In this document: piece by piece, positions 21,002 through 33,590 of the stretch | How the letters are laid out: each line of letters opens with the position of its first letter | Numbering within the stretch: the stretch's first letter is position 1 | DNA from: an uncultured Methylophilaceae bacterium | GTDB taxonomy: Bacteria > Pseudomonadota > Gammaproteobacteria > Burkholderiales > Methylophilaceae | DNA length: 62,872 nt | Reading direction: 5' to 3' | Assembly (NCBI GenBank): GCA_964352515.1 | Contig: CAYGSH010000001.1 | Location: forward strand, 21,756-84,627 | Notes under the pieces: model-generated | What the model saw: only the letters and a program-made list of their open reading frames with translations | Databases searched by the model: none | What the model was told of the DNA's origin: nothing | Position numbers and translations under genes: made by a program

Positions 21002-21993
21002 TAAAATGTGTACCCTGCTTTTTCTTGATACCCTTCAAGCTGATTTAATAATTTCAGCATTGGTCGCAGTTCAATATATCGGCCACATACACGTCGCAAA
21101 TAATCCATAACTAATGGCATATCTTTTATATACCCATCCTTACCATCGCGATAAGCTAATCTAGCGAAAATGCCAAGCACTTTAATATGTCTTTGCGCAC
21201 CCATCCATTCAAAATCTCTATAAAACTCACTAAAATCTCTAGAAACTGGCAGGTCAGCTTTTCTAGCGGGCTCCCAATAACGCACTGCCCAATCAATGAT
21301 TTGCTCTTCCTCCCAACCAATATAGGCATCTTTTAACAAAGAAACCAAGTCATAGGTAATTGGACCATAAACTGCATCTTGAAAATCTAAAATACCAGGG
21401 TTATTTTCGCATATCATCAAGTTACGTGAGTGATAATCCCGATGAACGTATACTTGCCCTTGATTTACAATATTTTGCGTTAATAGTGAAAACGTTTTCT
21501 GGAGCACCAATTGTTGTGAATCATCTAAACTAATATTAAGATGTTTAGCAATATACCAATCAGGTAACAGCTGCATCTCACGGTTTAATAAGTCTGCGTC
21601 ATAGGGTGGCAATAGATCAGGTTGACTAGCTTTCTGGAGTGTAATAAGTGCCTGTGTCGCATCTCCGTATAACTGCTGAGCATTTTCTTTTGAAAGTACA
21701 GATAAATAAGTCTTATCACCTAAATCACCAAGCAATAAAAAACCTTGTGATAAATCTTGCTTGATAATTTCAGGTACATTAAGCCCACAATCTAAAAAGA
21801 GCTTTGCAACAAAAACAAAAGACTCACAACTCTCTTGCAATGGAGGAGCATCCATTGCAATGTAAGTATCGCCACTCGAATGCACACGAAAATAACGGCG
21901 AAAGCTTGCATCTGCCGAAGCCGTGGTCATTGTAAAGTCCTGACCATTTAGCACATTATTTAACCATTTTTCTAACTGTTTTTTTCTATCCAC
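21001..21993 (-). CDS. amgK: Anomeric MurNAc/GlcNAc kinase-type aminoglycoside-phosphotransferase-fold kinase
   Basis: 330 aa with APH-fold motifs (HRDYHSRNLM, ILDFQDA). Coupled to murU. Confidence 0.75.
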   Translation of the reverse strand: MDRKKQLEKWLNNVLNGQDFTMTTASADASFRRYFRVHSSGDTYIAMDAPPLQESCESFVFVAKLFLDCGLNVPEIIKQDLSQGFLLLGDLGDKTYLSVLSKENAQQLYGDATQALITLQKASQPDLLPPYDADLLNREMQLLPDWYIAKHLNISLDDSQQLVLQKTFSLLTQNIVNQGQVYVHRDYHSRNLMICENNPGILDFQDAVYGPITYDLVSLLKDAYIGWEEEQIIDWAVRYWEPARKADLPVSRDFSEFYRDFEWMGAQRHIKVLGIFARLAYRDGKDGYIKDMPLVMDYLRRVCGRYIELRPMLKLLNQLEGYQEKAGYTF

Positions 21994-22142
21994 AAGTACC
22001 TTCTTATATTTGTTGTTAAGCTTTATAATGCGATAATACTTGCATTTAGGCTGTATTCTTTACTCAATAAACGAGATTTTATCACTGGCAAGGAAAATAC
22101 AGTATTTCGGCGCTTCATACGATAATTTAATTCATTAAACAT

Positions 22143-24611
22143 TTGACCAACAATTACTCAAATCTGCTACTTACTAAACATGCATTTGTAATAAAAGTGA
22201 TAATAAATGCATGTTTAGCCTATTTATTCAGCTTTAGCTTACAAACTAGCGCTGAAACCATGACGCTCGAATTAAACAAAGTGCCTGAAACGGCTCTCCC
22301 AGAACCGCAAACAGGTGCAATTGAAATTGAAGGCGACAAGATTGACTTGCATTTGGATAGGAAAATGCGTGCTTCTGGTAATGCAATCATTACCAGAGAT
22401 GGGCAAAAAATTTATGGTGACACGATTGAATACGATATCCTTAATGATGAGTTACAAGTGAATGGTAACGCCCGAATTGACCTTGGTGATAGTGAGCTCA
22501 CTGGCCCATCGTTAAAAATGAAATTAACAGAAAGCATTGGTGAAATGAAGAATGCCAGTGTGACACTTAAAAGAGAAATCACAACAAATGAAATTAAAGA
22601 CAGAGTTTATAACAACCCCGCTGTTTACACCCAATCTAAGTTACTAAACACACAAACAATCTTAACTGATGATCCAAAGCTCTATCAGGATAATTACCGA
22701 GAACCGCCAACGCCAATCGGTCAAACATCGATTGATGCGAAGTTTAATTCATCACGCGGCGATGCTGAAGAGGTGCTGTTCGACGGCCCCAATAAAAAGC
22801 GTTTAAAAAATGCACGTTATACCACTTGTGAAGCTGGTGTTGAAGACTGGTATATCAAAGCAAGCAATATCGAGTTAGATGCTTACACGCAATCAGGCAC
22901 AGCAAAAAATGCGAGAGTTGAGTTTAAAGGTATCCCACTCCTTTATTCTCCTTGGTTAAGTTTTTCATTTAATAATGAAAGAAAATCTGGGTTTTTAGCC
23001 CCAACAGTTGGGTCAACAAGCCGAAGCGGTTTTGAAACACTTTTACCTTACTACTGGAACATTGCACCAAATAAAGACGCAACCTTAGGCGTCCGTTACT
23101 TGAGCCGAAGAGGGGAACAGCTTCAGGGTGTATTTAGATACCTTGGTGAAAATTATTCAGGAACCAATAGTATTGAATATTTAAACAACGATGATCTTAC
23201 TGGTGATCAACGTTACTTTGTTAATGTTAACCATAACCATCTTTTTGGTAATGGGTGGTCAGCCGGTTATAATATCGAAAAAGTATCTGATGATGAGTAC
23301 TTCTCTGACATGTCAACTCGCATTATTAGTACCAGTCGCGTTAATCTGCCACAAGCTGGGCGTGTTGACTATGTTGGTGATGTTTGGCGTTTCAATGGTT
23401 TACTACAAAAATATCAAACCTTAGACCAAATCAATTTCCCATACGAACGTTTGCCGCAATTAACATTAACAGCAGATAAAGAGTGGCGTTACCTCAACAC
23501 GAATCTATATAGTCAATATACTTATTTTGATCAAAATAAAGATGCGGCTATTGCTGCCACAGGTAGCCGATTAACTGTTTACCCTAGCATCAGTGTGCCT
23601 ATGACTCAGCCCTTTGGCTTTATTACGCCAAAATTCGGCATTCACTCTACTCACTATGATTTAAAAGATAACAACTTTAATGTTAACGGTCAAAATATAA
23701 GCAATAATTCAGCTAGCAGGACTTTACCTATTGTCAGTTTAGATAGCGGATTATATTTTGAGCGAGATTTTGATGTGGTTAAAAACAGCTACACACAAAC
23801 CATAGAACCACGCTTATTCTATGTTTATATCCCTAATAAAGAACAAGATTTGCTTCCTGTATTTGACTCAGCAGTTTCAGATTTGAATATGACAACGCTA
23901 TTTACAGAAAATCAATTTACTGGAGATGACCGAGTTAATAATGCGAACCAACTGAGCCTTGCGGTGACTTCACGTATGATTGACAGTAATACTGGAATAG
24001 AACGTTTTGCAGCGACAGTTGGCCAACGATACTATTTTACAGATCAAGAGGTTTCTTTGCCTGGTGACACAACGCCTCTTCAGGGCGGATCAACGGCTGA
24101 AAGTAACTCATCCGACATTATTGCTGCTATGACCGCTAGGCTGTCCAACCAGTGGAAACTCGATGCCTTTTGGCAATACAATACTGATGATGCCGGAATG
24201 GTGCGAACCAACATATTAAGCCGATATAATCCAGAACCTGGAAAATTGATTAATGCAGGATATCGTTATACGCAACAGTTCTTAGAACAAATCAACGTTT
24301 CTGGTCAATGGCCGTTAAGTCAAGGGTGGTATGGCGTAAGTCGCTTTAACTATTCACTCCGTGAAAAAACACTGATTGAAAGCTTAGCAGGGCTAGAATA
24401 TGATGCTGGTTGTTGGCAAGCAAGAGCAGTATTACAGCGCGTTGAAACAGCAACCGCAGATGCAAACTATGGCTTTTTTATTCAACTTGAGCTTGGAGGC
24501 TTAGCATCTATTGGCTCTAATCCACTCAACCTCTTAAGACGTGACATTCCCGGATATTTAAGTTCAAGCGAAATTCCGGATATCTATAGACAACAAAACT
24601 ACTATCAATGA
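22143..24611 (+). CDS. lptD: LPS-assembly outer membrane protein LptD
   Basis: 822 aa from a TTG start. It has an N-terminal OstA domain and a large C-terminal barrel. Conserved lptD-surA-pdxA-rsmA order, with a 4-nt overlap with surA. Confidence 0.93.
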   Translation: MTNNYSNLLLTKHAFVIKVIINACLAYLFSFSLQTSAETMTLELNKVPETALPEPQTGAIEIEGDKIDLHLDRKMRASGNAIITRDGQKIYGDTIEYDILNDELQVNGNARIDLGDSELTGPSLKMKLTESIGEMKNASVTLKREITTNEIKDRVYNNPAVYTQSKLLNTQTILTDDPKLYQDNYREPPTPIGQTSIDAKFNSSRGDAEEVLFDGPNKKRLKNARYTTCEAGVEDWYIKASNIELDAYTQSGTAKNARVEFKGIPLLYSPWLSFSFNNERKSGFLAPTVGSTSRSGFETLLPYYWNIAPNKDATLGVRYLSRRGEQLQGVFRYLGENYSGTNSIEYLNNDDLTGDQRYFVNVNHNHLFGNGWSAGYNIEKVSDDEYFSDMSTRIISTSRVNLPQAGRVDYVGDVWRFNGLLQKYQTLDQINFPYERLPQLTLTADKEWRYLNTNLYSQYTYFDQNKDAAIAATGSRLTVYPSISVPMTQPFGFITPKFGIHSTHYDLKDNNFNVNGQNISNNSASRTLPIVSLDSGLYFERDFDVVKNSYTQTIEPRLFYVYIPNKEQDLLPVFDSAVSDLNMTTLFTENQFTGDDRVNNANQLSLAVTSRMIDSNTGIERFAATVGQRYYFTDQEVSLPGDTTPLQGGSTAESNSSDIIAAMTARLSNQWKLDAFWQYNTDDAGMVRTNILSRYNPEPGKLINAGYRYTQQFLEQINVSGQWPLSQGWYGVSRFNYSLREKTLIESLAGLEYDAGCWQARAVLQRVETATADANYGFFIQLELGGLASIGSNPLNLLRRDIPGYLSSSEIPDIYRQQNYYQ

Positions 24612-25939
24612 CACACATGAACATAACTAACGCTATTATTAGAATATTTAACATCACAGCAATCAGCTTTTTATGTTGCTTTTTTTCAGTATCCGCCACG
24701 GCAGATAACATTGTAAAGATGGATAGAATTGTCGCAGTAGTAGACAAAGATGTGATTACAGAAAGAGAACTTGAAGATAAGGTGCAATCAGTGGCTAGCC
24801 AACTAGAAAAGCAAGGCAAGCAACTCCCATCAGAAAAAGTATTAAGAAAACAAATTTTAGAGCGTTTAATTGTAGACAATTTACAATTACAATTAGCTGC
24901 TCAGAGAGGTATTAAAGTCAACGATTCTCAATTAGATATTACTATTCAACGTATAGCTGAACAAAACAAAATGAATCTAAAAGAGTTTCAAGCAGCTTTA
25001 GCTAATGATGGAATTCCTTTTAATCAATTTCGCGAAGATATGAGAAATGAAATCACTATTTCAAGATTAAAAGATAGCGAAGTGGATAGACGAGTCAGCG
25101 TTAGTGATGGTGAAGTTGACAACTATTTAACGACCCAAGAAAACAATAAAAATACACAACAACAAGAATATGAAATCTCACAGATATTAATTCGCACACC
25201 AGAGGAAAGTACGCCAGAAGACTTAGAATTAGCAAAGCGAAAAATTGAAGATGTAATGAAAATGCTCGATAGTGGCGAGAGTTTTGAACAAGCATCAGCT
25301 ACTTTTTCTGATGCGCCAAACGCACTTGAAGGCGGCTCTATGGGCTGGCGAAACAGTGGGCAAATACCGCCAGATTTCTTAGCACTGTTACAAAGCATGG
25401 AAGTTGGTCAAGTTTCAAAACCTCTCAGAAGTCCAAATGGATTTCATATTATCAAAGTGACAAACAAACGTAATACTGACTCAACCCTTATTGTTGATCA
25501 AACAAAGGTGCGCCATATTTTAATAAAATTGAACGAAGTGGTTTCTGAGCAAGATGCAAAACAGAAAATGGACGGTCTTAAAGAACGCTTAGACAATGGC
25601 GCCAAATTTGATGACTTAGCAAGACAATATTCAGAAGATGGTTCAGCAAATAATGGTGGCGACTTAGGCTGGGTAAACCCTGGTGATACAGTGACAGAAT
25701 TTGAAGAAGCAATGAATGCGCTTGAAATTAATGAAATCAGCAAACCTATTCGCTCCCCTTTTGGCTGGCATATTATCGAAGTACTAGAACGTCGCAAACA
25801 AGATATGACTGAGCAAGCTGCTAGAATAAAAGCCCGTAAAGAAATACAACAGCGTAAAGTAGAAGAAGCTTATCAAGATTGGTTACATGAAATTCGTGAC
25901 CAAGCATTTGTTGAGCTACGTCTTGAAGATACCTTTTAA
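24608..25939 (+). CDS. surA: Periplasmic chaperone / peptidyl-prolyl isomerase SurA
   Basis: 443 aa with a signal peptide and two parvulin domains ([10 protein letters not shown]..., [10 protein letters not shown]...). Confidence 0.93.
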   Translation: MTHMNITNAIIRIFNITAISFLCCFFSVSATADNIVKMDRIVAVVDKDVITERELEDKVQSVASQLEKQGKQLPSEKVLRKQILERLIVDNLQLQLAAQRGIKVNDSQLDITIQRIAEQNKMNLKEFQAALANDGIPFNQFREDMRNEITISRLKDSEVDRRVSVSDGEVDNYLTTQENNKNTQQQEYEISQILIRTPEESTPEDLELAKRKIEDVMKMLDSGESFEQASATFSDAPNALEGGSMGWRNSGQIPPDFLALLQSMEVGQVSKPLRSPNGFHIIKVTNKRNTDSTLIVDQTKVRHILIKLNEVVSEQDAKQKMDGLKERLDNGAKFDDLARQYSEDGSANNGGDLGWVNPGDTVTEFEEAMNALEINEISKPIRSPFGWHIIEVLERRKQDMTEQAARIKARKEIQQRKVEEAYQDWLHEIRDQAFVELRLEDTF

Positions 25940-25962
25940 GCAAATAAGCTTAATCATTTACT

Positions 25963-26955
25963 TTGGAAAATAACCTCCCACGAATAGCCGTCACATCTGG
26001 AGAACCAGCTGGAATAGGACCAGACCTATGCCTAATGCTAGCCTCTCAGGATGTACATGCAAATATCACCATTATAGGTGACATGAAAATGCTTGCCGAT
26101 CGAGCAAAACAACTACATTTAGATATCGAATTATCAGCATATCCATCTCAGTCATCAGATAGTTTAAATTCCATATCTGTATTACATATACCAACTGCCA
26201 ACAATGTGATTGCAGGAAAATTGGATAAGCATAATAGTCAATATGTTTTAAACACCTTAAACAGTTCGATAGATTTATGTCAAAAAGGTATCTTTGATGC
26301 CGTTGTTACTGCGCCTGTTCATAAAGGCATTATCAATGAAGCCAACATCTCCTTTACAGGACATACCGAGTTTTTTGCAGAACACACCCAAACAGACCAA
26401 GTTGTTATGATGCTAGTGGGAGGAGGCTTAAGAGTAGCGCTTGCTACAACACATTTACCATTGGGAAAAGTGCCATCAGCTATTAACCAAACACATTTAG
26501 AGCAGACAATTCGCATTCTTCATGCCGATTTAATTAATAAATTTCATATTCATCAGCCACGCATCTTAGTTGCAGGGCTAAACCCCCATGCCGGGGAGGA
26601 TGGTTATTTAGGTGATGAAGAAATCACCATTATCAATCCTATTCTTAACAAACTTCGGCAAGAAGGGATGCAACTCATTGGAGCACTTCCTGCAGATACG
26701 TTATTTACACAAAAGTATTTGCAAAATGCAGACGCTGTATTAGCGATGTATCATGACCAAGGCTTGTCTGTTCTCAAATATGCAAGTTTTGGTAAAGGTG
26801 TAAATATTACTTTAGGATTACCCATTATTAGAACATCGGTTGATCACGGTACTGCATTAGAGTTAGCGGGTACTGGTAACATTAACCTAGGTAGCATGCT
26901 TGCAGCCATAAAATTAGCTGCCGAACTAGCGAGTGTAAACAATACTAAAATATAA
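25963..26955 (+). CDS. pdxA: 4-hydroxythreonine-4-phosphate dehydrogenase
   Basis: 330 aa from a TTG start, with GEPAGIGPD, GHTEFFA, NPHAGE and DHGTA motifs. Confidence 0.95.
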   Translation: MENNLPRIAVTSGEPAGIGPDLCLMLASQDVHANITIIGDMKMLADRAKQLHLDIELSAYPSQSSDSLNSISVLHIPTANNVIAGKLDKHNSQYVLNTLNSSIDLCQKGIFDAVVTAPVHKGIINEANISFTGHTEFFAEHTQTDQVVMMLVGGGLRVALATTHLPLGKVPSAINQTHLEQTIRILHADLINKFHIHQPRILVAGLNPHAGEDGYLGDEEITIINPILNKLRQEGMQLIGALPADTLFTQKYLQNADAVLAMYHDQGLSVLKYASFGKGVNITLGLPIIRTSVDHGTALELAGTGNINLGSMLAAIKLAAELASVNNTKI

Positions 26956-26956
26956 T

Positions 26957-27736
26957 ATGAATCATCAAGCAAAAAAAAGATTTGGTCAAAACTTCTTAAT
27001 AGATCAAGCTATCATTGCAAACTTAGTCAGCGCTATCAACCCCAAAAACGGTGAAACATTAATAGAAATAGGTCCTGGCTTAGGGGCACTCACAAAACCT
27101 TTACTACAATATGTAACTGAATTACAAGTTATTGAGATTGACCGTGATATTGTTAGCTGGATGAATACCGAATATGCAATGCCTGCATTTTCAAAAAATA
27201 AACTTATCATCCACAATGTTGATGCGCTCAAATTTAATTTTTCCAAATTAGGTAATCAGCTCCGCATTACTGGCAATTTGCCCTACAATATTTCCACCCC
27301 CATTTTATTTCATTTGCTAGAAAACTTATCAAGCATTAAAGATATGCACTTTATGCTACAAAAAGAAGTGGTTGAGCGCATGGTTGCAGTGCCATCAACA
27401 CCAGCATATGGGCGTTTAAGTGTCATGCTTCAATATCATTTAGCAATGGAGTACCTGTTAACTGTACCGCCAGAAGCATTTAATCCAGCCCCAAAAGTAG
27501 AGTCTGCTTTTGTAAGATGCACTCCGCATAAAACGATGCCATTTATTGCAAGAGACACAGACATGCTGGCTAAAGTTGTACTTGCCGCATTTTCTCAACG
27601 CCGAAAAACGATTCGCAATACACTAAAACCATTTTTAAATAATGAAGATTTTAATGCATTGAATATTGACCCTCAGCGCAGAGCAGAAACATTAAGCGTT
27701 CAAGAATTTGTTGCGATTACAAATTATCTTGAATAA
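26957..27736 (+). CDS. rsmA: 16S rRNA (adenine1518/1519-N6)-dimethyltransferase
   Basis: 259 aa with KRFGQNFLID, EIGPGLGALT and GNLPYNISTP. Confidence 0.96.
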   Translation: MNHQAKKRFGQNFLIDQAIIANLVSAINPKNGETLIEIGPGLGALTKPLLQYVTELQVIEIDRDIVSWMNTEYAMPAFSKNKLIIHNVDALKFNFSKLGNQLRITGNLPYNISTPILFHLLENLSSIKDMHFMLQKEVVERMVAVPSTPAYGRLSVMLQYHLAMEYLLTVPPEAFNPAPKVESAFVRCTPHKTMPFIARDTDMLAKVVLAAFSQRRKTIRNTLKPFLNNEDFNALNIDPQRRAETLSVQEFVAITNYLE

Positions 27737-27782
27737 CGTTTTGGCTGATATAATTTTAATTAAGTTGATTATTTTTATTTAA

Positions 27783-28454
<672 letters not shown>

Positions 28455-28506
28455 GAGTTGCTATAAGTTTAATAAAACATGGCCTTGATGAAGCAAAGGA
28501 TTATCA

Positions 28507-29283
28507 ATGCGTGATAACCAAGCACGCAAAAATGACAGGAAAGAAAATAGCTTTCCCATCGTTCGCAGCATTAAGGCCAGCAACCTAATAAGCTGGCTTA
28601 AATTAGGTGTCAAAGATTTAAGAGAAGCAAAACTCGCCAGCCTTTTTTATGGTGTGATTTTTGCCAGTGCTGGGTTGCTTATGCATACGGTATTGTTTGA
28701 TGCTAGTTGGTTACTCTCAGGTCTCACAACTGGCTTTTTGCTTGTTGGTCCTTTTTTGGCGATGGGTTTATATGATCTTAGTCGCCGCATGGAATTAGGT
28801 GAAAAACCTAAACTCATTCCAACACTAACTGCTTGGCGATCTAATATGATGAATGTTGGCATCTTCGCCGGTGTGCTTATTGTTATTTTACTTATTTGGG
28901 CACGTGCATCTCTCGTTATTTTTGCGCTTTTTTTTCATGGTGGATTACCTACTTTTCAAGATATTATTCAAACAATTATTGGCTTTGAGCAGCCTACTTT
29001 TGCGATGGTTTATTTTGCAGTGGGCGGATTTTTTGCTGCATTTGTTTTCTCTGTTAGCGTCACAGCGATTCCTTTAATGGCTGATCGTCAAACTGATGCT
29101 GTAACAGCATCTATTGCTAGCCTTATTTCAGTGGTTCGTAATCCTTTGCCGATGTTGCTTTGGGCTATGATTATTGTCACACTTGTAGTGATTGGTTTTG
29201 CCACAAGCTTTATTGGTCTAATTATCACCATGCCCATTATTGGTCATGCAAGTTGGCATGCATATCGCGATTTGATTGAATAA
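28507..29283 (+). CDS. DUF2189-like integral membrane protein
   Basis: 258 aa. The N-terminal pattern (ISWLKLGVKDLREAKLASLFYGVIFASAGLLM) is followed by about 5 transmembrane helices. Confidence 0.65.
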   Translation: MRDNQARKNDRKENSFPIVRSIKASNLISWLKLGVKDLREAKLASLFYGVIFASAGLLMHTVLFDASWLLSGLTTGFLLVGPFLAMGLYDLSRRMELGEKPKLIPTLTAWRSNMMNVGIFAGVLIVILLIWARASLVIFALFFHGGLPTFQDIIQTIIGFEQPTFAMVYFAVGGFFAAFVFSVSVTAIPLMADRQTDAVTASIASLISVVRNPLPMLLWAMIIVTLVVIGFATSFIGLIITMPIIGHASWHAYRDLIE

Positions 29284-29319
29284 ATCACTAATAAAAGTAT
29301 CCGCTCCTTTTAGTGATTT
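29282..29319 (+). other. Perfect 10-bp inverted repeat hairpin overlapping the stop codon of the DUF2189 gene. It may be a weak terminator.
   Basis: aaatcactaa (29282-29291), an 18-nt loop, then ttagtgattt (29310-29319). No T-run follows it. Confidence 0.3.
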
Positions 29320-29395
29320 ACTCAAGCCGTTATTGCCCATGCCAAAGGCATTGCCTTCAAGTATAATGGCGCTTTTACTTATAGCTTCCTAACTT

Positions 29396-32014
29396 ATGCA
29401 ACAGCAATACCCCTTCAAAGAAATCGAGAATAACGCACAAAAGTATTGGGACAAAAACCAAGCGTTTAAAGCAGATAGCAATAGCAAAAAACCAAAATAC
29501 TATTGTTTATCTATGTTCCCTTACCCAAGTGGAAAACTCCATATGGGGCATGTGCGCAATTACACGATTGGTGATGTTTTAAGTCGCTATCACCATATGA
29601 AAGGCTTTAACGTGCTGCAACCAATGGGTTGGGATGCTTTCGGCCTTCCTGCTGAAAATGCTGCTATTCAAAATAATGTCCCGCCAGCAAAATGGACTTA
29701 TGACAATATCGCTTATATGCGGACTCAACTCAAGTCATTAGGCTTTGCCATTGATTGGTCACGTGAGTTAGCAACATGTCAGCCTGAATATTATAAGTGG
29801 AATCAATGGTTATTTTTACGCATGCTAGAAAAAGGCATTGCTTATAAAAAAACACAAACTGTTAACTGGGACCCTTTTGTTGAAAGCGTTCTTGGCAATG
29901 AGCTAGTGTTTGTAGGTCGCGGATGGCGCACAGGGGCAATGGTTGAAAAACGTGAAATCCCTGGCTATTACTTTAATATTACAAGTTATGCGCCACAGTT
30001 ATTAGCAGATTTAGATAAACTCGATGGTTGGCCAGAACGTGTTAAAACCATGCAAGCCAATTGGATTGGTAAAAGTATTGGCGTTCGTTTTGCTTTTACC
30101 CACAATATTCAAGACAAAAACAATAGACTCATTGATGACGGCAAGCTGTGGGTCTTCACCACCCGTGCCGACACGATTATGGGGGTCACATTTTGTGCGG
30201 TTGCAGCAGAGCATCCATTGGCAACCCATGCAGCGCAAAATAATCCTGAATTGGCTGCATTTATTGAAAAATGTAAAACAGGCTCTGTTTCTGAAGCAGA
30301 TATGGCAACCATGGAAAAAGAAGGGATGAATACAGGCTTGACAGTTAGCCATCCTCTGACTGGAGAACCTGTCCCAGTATGGGTTGGCAATTATGTACTC
30401 ATGTCTTACGGAGAAGGTGCCGTCATGGCGGTGCCGGCGCATGATGAACGCGACTTTGGCTTTGCTAAGAAATATCATTTATCCATTAAACAAGTCATAG
30501 CTGTTGAAGACAAACCGTTTTCTGATGAAAAATGGCAGGAATGGTATGGTGATAAATCAAACAGTACTTGTATTCATTCAGGCGCCTATGATGGATTAAA
30601 CTATGTCGATGCAGTTGATGCAATTGCAAAAGATTTAACCGCTAAAAACTTAGGTGATAAACAAATAAACTGGCGACTGCGTGATTGGGGTGTTTCACGT
30701 CAACGCTATTGGGGTTGCCCCATCCCGATTATCCATTGCGAATCATGTGGTGATGTACCGGTTCCTGATGATCAATTACCCGTTAAACTGCCTGAAGACT
30801 GTGTGCCAGATGGCTCTGGCAACCCACTTAATAAACTTGAAAGCTTCGTTCATTGCGCATGTCCAAGTTGCGGAAAACCAGCAAAACGGGAGACAGACAC
30901 CATGGATACTTTTGTAGACTCAAGTTGGTATTACGCTCGTTACGCAAGCGGCCTAAGTAATGATGCCATGGTTGATGAACAAACCAACCATTGGATGCCA
31001 GTAGATCAATATATTGGGGGTATTGAACATGCAATTTTACATTTACTTTACTCTCGATTTTGGAGCAAAGTGATGCGCGATTTAGGTTTGGTCAATTACG
31101 ATGAACCATTTGCAAACCTATTAACGCAAGGCATGGTACTTAATCATATTTTCTCACGCCGAACGGTTAAAGGCGGTATTGAGTATTTTTCACCAGAAGA
31201 AGTCAGCTTAGTGAATGATGATCATGGTAAAACCATTGGCGCTAACTTGCTTGCAGATGGTAAGTCAGTAGATTTTCAGGGCATGGGAACTATGTCTAAA
31301 TCAAAACGCAATGGTGTCGATCCGCAATCATTGATTGAACAGTATGGTGCAGATACTGCCCGCTTCTTCATGATGTTTGCTGCTCCACCTGAACAAACAC
31401 TTGAATGGTCTGATAGTGGAGTTGAAGGCTCTCATCGCTTCTTAAAAAGGGTTTGGGCATTTGGTTATGTGCTATCAACAGAAACAAAAACGGCTTTACC
31501 AAAAAAACTCAGTAGTCACTTAGCTACAGCAAGACGTGAAATTCATCTTGGCTTAAAACAAGCAACTTATGATCTAGATCGTCAACAATTTAACACGGTT
31601 GCATCTAGTGGGATGAAGATACTCAACACGTTAGAAAAATTACAAAAAGAAGAAGAAGCAGATTGGCAAAGTGTTGCGCATGAAGGTTTTTCTATATTAT
31701 TGCGTTTACTTTCTCCATTATCGCCACATATTGCACAAACGCTTTGGAACGAACTTGCATACGGCGATGATATTCTCAATGCTAGTTGGCCAGAAGCATT
31801 AGAATCGGCTATGGTGCAAGATGAAGTCAAGCTGATGATACAAGTCAACGGTAAATTACGTGGTGACTTAGAAGTTTCTCGAAGTACTAGCAAAGAGGCT
31901 ATTGAACAGTTAGTGCTTGAACAAGATTGCGTCACTAAGTTCTTGGTTGATGGTAAAAGTGTGCGTAAAATCATTGTTGTTCCCAACAAATTGATTAATG
32001 TAGTGATTGGATAA
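29396..32014 (+). CDS. leuS: Leucine--tRNA ligase
   Basis: 872 aa with the HIGH-type motif HMGHVRNY, the KMSKS-type motif TMSKSKRN and a CP1 editing domain. The cysteine-less NWDP...GRGWR form resembles Neisseria/Burkholderia-type LeuS. Confidence 0.97.
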   Translation: MQQQYPFKEIENNAQKYWDKNQAFKADSNSKKPKYYCLSMFPYPSGKLHMGHVRNYTIGDVLSRYHHMKGFNVLQPMGWDAFGLPAENAAIQNNVPPAKWTYDNIAYMRTQLKSLGFAIDWSRELATCQPEYYKWNQWLFLRMLEKGIAYKKTQTVNWDPFVESVLGNELVFVGRGWRTGAMVEKREIPGYYFNITSYAPQLLADLDKLDGWPERVKTMQANWIGKSIGVRFAFTHNIQDKNNRLIDDGKLWVFTTRADTIMGVTFCAVAAEHPLATHAAQNNPELAAFIEKCKTGSVSEADMATMEKEGMNTGLTVSHPLTGEPVPVWVGNYVLMSYGEGAVMAVPAHDERDFGFAKKYHLSIKQVIAVEDKPFSDEKWQEWYGDKSNSTCIHSGAYDGLNYVDAVDAIAKDLTAKNLGDKQINWRLRDWGVSRQRYWGCPIPIIHCESCGDVPVPDDQLPVKLPEDCVPDGSGNPLNKLESFVHCACPSCGKPAKRETDTMDTFVDSSWYYARYASGLSNDAMVDEQTNHWMPVDQYIGGIEHAILHLLYSRFWSKVMRDLGLVNYDEPFANLLTQGMVLNHIFSRRTVKGGIEYFSPEEVSLVNDDHGKTIGANLLADGKSVDFQGMGTMSKSKRNGVDPQSLIEQYGADTARFFMMFAAPPEQTLEWSDSGVEGSHRFLKRVWAFGYVLSTETKTALPKKLSSHLATARREIHLGLKQATYDLDRQQFNTVASSGMKILNTLEKLQKEEEADWQSVAHEGFSILLRLLSPLSPHIAQTLWNELAYGDDILNASWPEALESAMVQDEVKLMIQVNGKLRGDLEVSRSTSKEAIEQLVLEQDCVTKFLVDGKSVRKIIVVPNKLINVVIG

Positions 32015-32017
32015 TCA

Positions 32018-32512
32018 TTGAAAAATATTCTACGCCTTTACTTAATTACGTTCATAGTTTTGGCTTCAACAGCCTGTGGCTTTCATCTTCGTGGCCCGAG
32101 TGATATCCCTTTTGAATCTATATCAATTGAAGGCAACACCTTAGTGATTTCAAAAGACCTTAAAAGGTCATTAATGACGAGCGACATCACCATTCTAGAA
32201 TCACCAAAAGACGCAGAACTACGTCTTGAATTAGTCGGTGAAGAAAATGAAAAACGCATTCTTTCGTTAGCAGGCGCTGGTACAGTCAATGAGTATGAAC
32301 TCTATTATCGTGTCCACTACCGGACCAAGCTTGCCGACCAGTCCACATGGAGTGATGTAAACACAATCGAGTCAAGGCGTGATTTTACTTATAGCGATGC
32401 GAATATCTTAGCGAAGCTAACAGAAGAGCAAAGACTCAATGAAAATATGCAAAAAGATATTGTAAATGGCATCATGCGAAGACTATCTGCTTTAAAAAAA
32501 CAAGCACAATAG
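32018..32512 (+). CDS. lptE: LPS-assembly lipoprotein LptE
   Basis: 164 aa from a TTG start, with the lipoprotein signal ...LASTACGFHLRG. Conserved leuS-lptE-holA order. Confidence 0.88.
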   Translation: MKNILRLYLITFIVLASTACGFHLRGPSDIPFESISIEGNTLVISKDLKRSLMTSDITILESPKDAELRLELVGEENEKRILSLAGAGTVNEYELYYRVHYRTKLADQSTWSDVNTIESRRDFTYSDANILAKLTEEQRLNENMQKDIVNGIMRRLSALKKQAQ

Positions 32513-32524
32513 CTTGCTTAAACT

Positions 32525-33538
32525 ATGCAGCTCCAACCTTCACAGTTAAAGCAACACTTAACCAAAGGGCTTTCACCTCTATATGTGTTAGTAGGTGATG
32601 AACCCTTAGGCCAACGCGAATGTTTGGATTTATTGCGCCAAGCCGCTAGACAGGATGGTGCTGAAGAAAGAGCAAGCTATGTTGTTGATCGAAGTTTTAA
32701 TTGGCAAACGATTCAACAATTTGGCCAAGCTTTATCGCTTTTTGCATCAAAGAGAATTTTAGAAGTGGCAATACCAAACGGGAAACCTGGCGTTGAAGGT
32801 GGAAAAGCATTAGTTGCATTAGCAGAAAATCCAATCCCTGACACCACCACCATTATTATTCTGCCAACCTTAACTTGGGAAACCAAAAAAAGTGTTTGGT
32901 TTTCTAAGCTGCTAAATGCAGCAAGTGTGATTGAGCTGAATGACATTGCCATAACGCAATTACCACAATGGATTGCAAAACGCTTAGCAGTGCAAAACCA
33001 AGCAACAGATAATGCTTCACTTGACTTTATGGCACATCAAGTGGAAGGCAATTTACTCGCTGCACATCAAGAGATTCAAAAGCTTGGCTTACTTTACCCA
33101 GAGGGTGAATTAAGCGCTGAAGATATTAATACCGCTGTATTAAATGTCTCACGTTATGATGCCTTTAAATTAGGTGAAGCGATATTAGCAGGTGACCCAG
33201 AAAGAACAGCCCGTATATTACAAGGCTTACAAGATGAAGGTGAACAAGCAGTTGCAGTAATGAACCCACTTATTTGGGTATTACGTCCATTAGTAAATGT
33301 CAAACGTGCGCAAGCAGCTGGTGAAAGCATGAATAATGCAATGGTCAATGCACGTATTTTTGGTGATCGCCAACTACTCGCAAAACGAGCACTAACCCGC
33401 CTTAATTTACGCCAATTAGAAGCAGCCTTACAAAAACTGTGCGATATTGATAGAATCGCTAAGGGCATTATGATTGGGGATGCCTGGTTAGAACTGTCGC
33501 GGCTGTGTTTTGGTCTGGCAAAAATACGTGCACGCTAA
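32525..33538 (+). CDS. holA: DNA polymerase III delta subunit
   Basis: 337 aa with the LYVLVGDEPL start. Position is as expected after lptE. Confidence 0.88.
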   Translation: MQLQPSQLKQHLTKGLSPLYVLVGDEPLGQRECLDLLRQAARQDGAEERASYVVDRSFNWQTIQQFGQALSLFASKRILEVAIPNGKPGVEGGKALVALAENPIPDTTTIIILPTLTWETKKSVWFSKLLNAASVIELNDIAITQLPQWIAKRLAVQNQATDNASLDFMAHQVEGNLLAAHQEIQKLGLLYPEGELSAEDINTAVLNVSRYDAFKLGEAILAGDPERTARILQGLQDEGEQAVAVMNPLIWVLRPLVNVKRAQAAGESMNNAMVNARIFGDRQLLAKRALTRLNLRQLEAALQKLCDIDRIAKGIMIGDAWLELSRLCFGLAKIRAR

Positions 33539-33590
33539 TAAAACAACAATCATTTAAATCAATAATGAATCAATAGACAAAGATAAACGT

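Noticed and set aside
29864-29926. LeuS carries [21 protein letters not shown] where I remember ...DPVDQTVLANEQVIDGRGW in related enzymes, so it diverges in the usually conserved TVLANEQV segment.
   Set aside because: The reading frame is intact and the flanking motifs are normal. The Q position is not invariant, since some LeuRS have ANEEV. Without an alignment I cannot call this more than lineage variation.
30011-30478. A 155-aa antisense ORF, plus 93-aa and 101-aa overlapping ORFs, inside the leuS editing-domain region. Similar long antisense ORFs occur at 31582-31989 (leuS), 5101-5454 (dxs) and 24526-24879 (lptD/surA).
   Set aside because: Their translations are Cys/His/Arg-rich and low-complexity with no Shine-Dalgarno sequence and no recognisable family. 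They lie opposite strongly conserved housekeeping frames. This is typical of spurious shadow ORFs.
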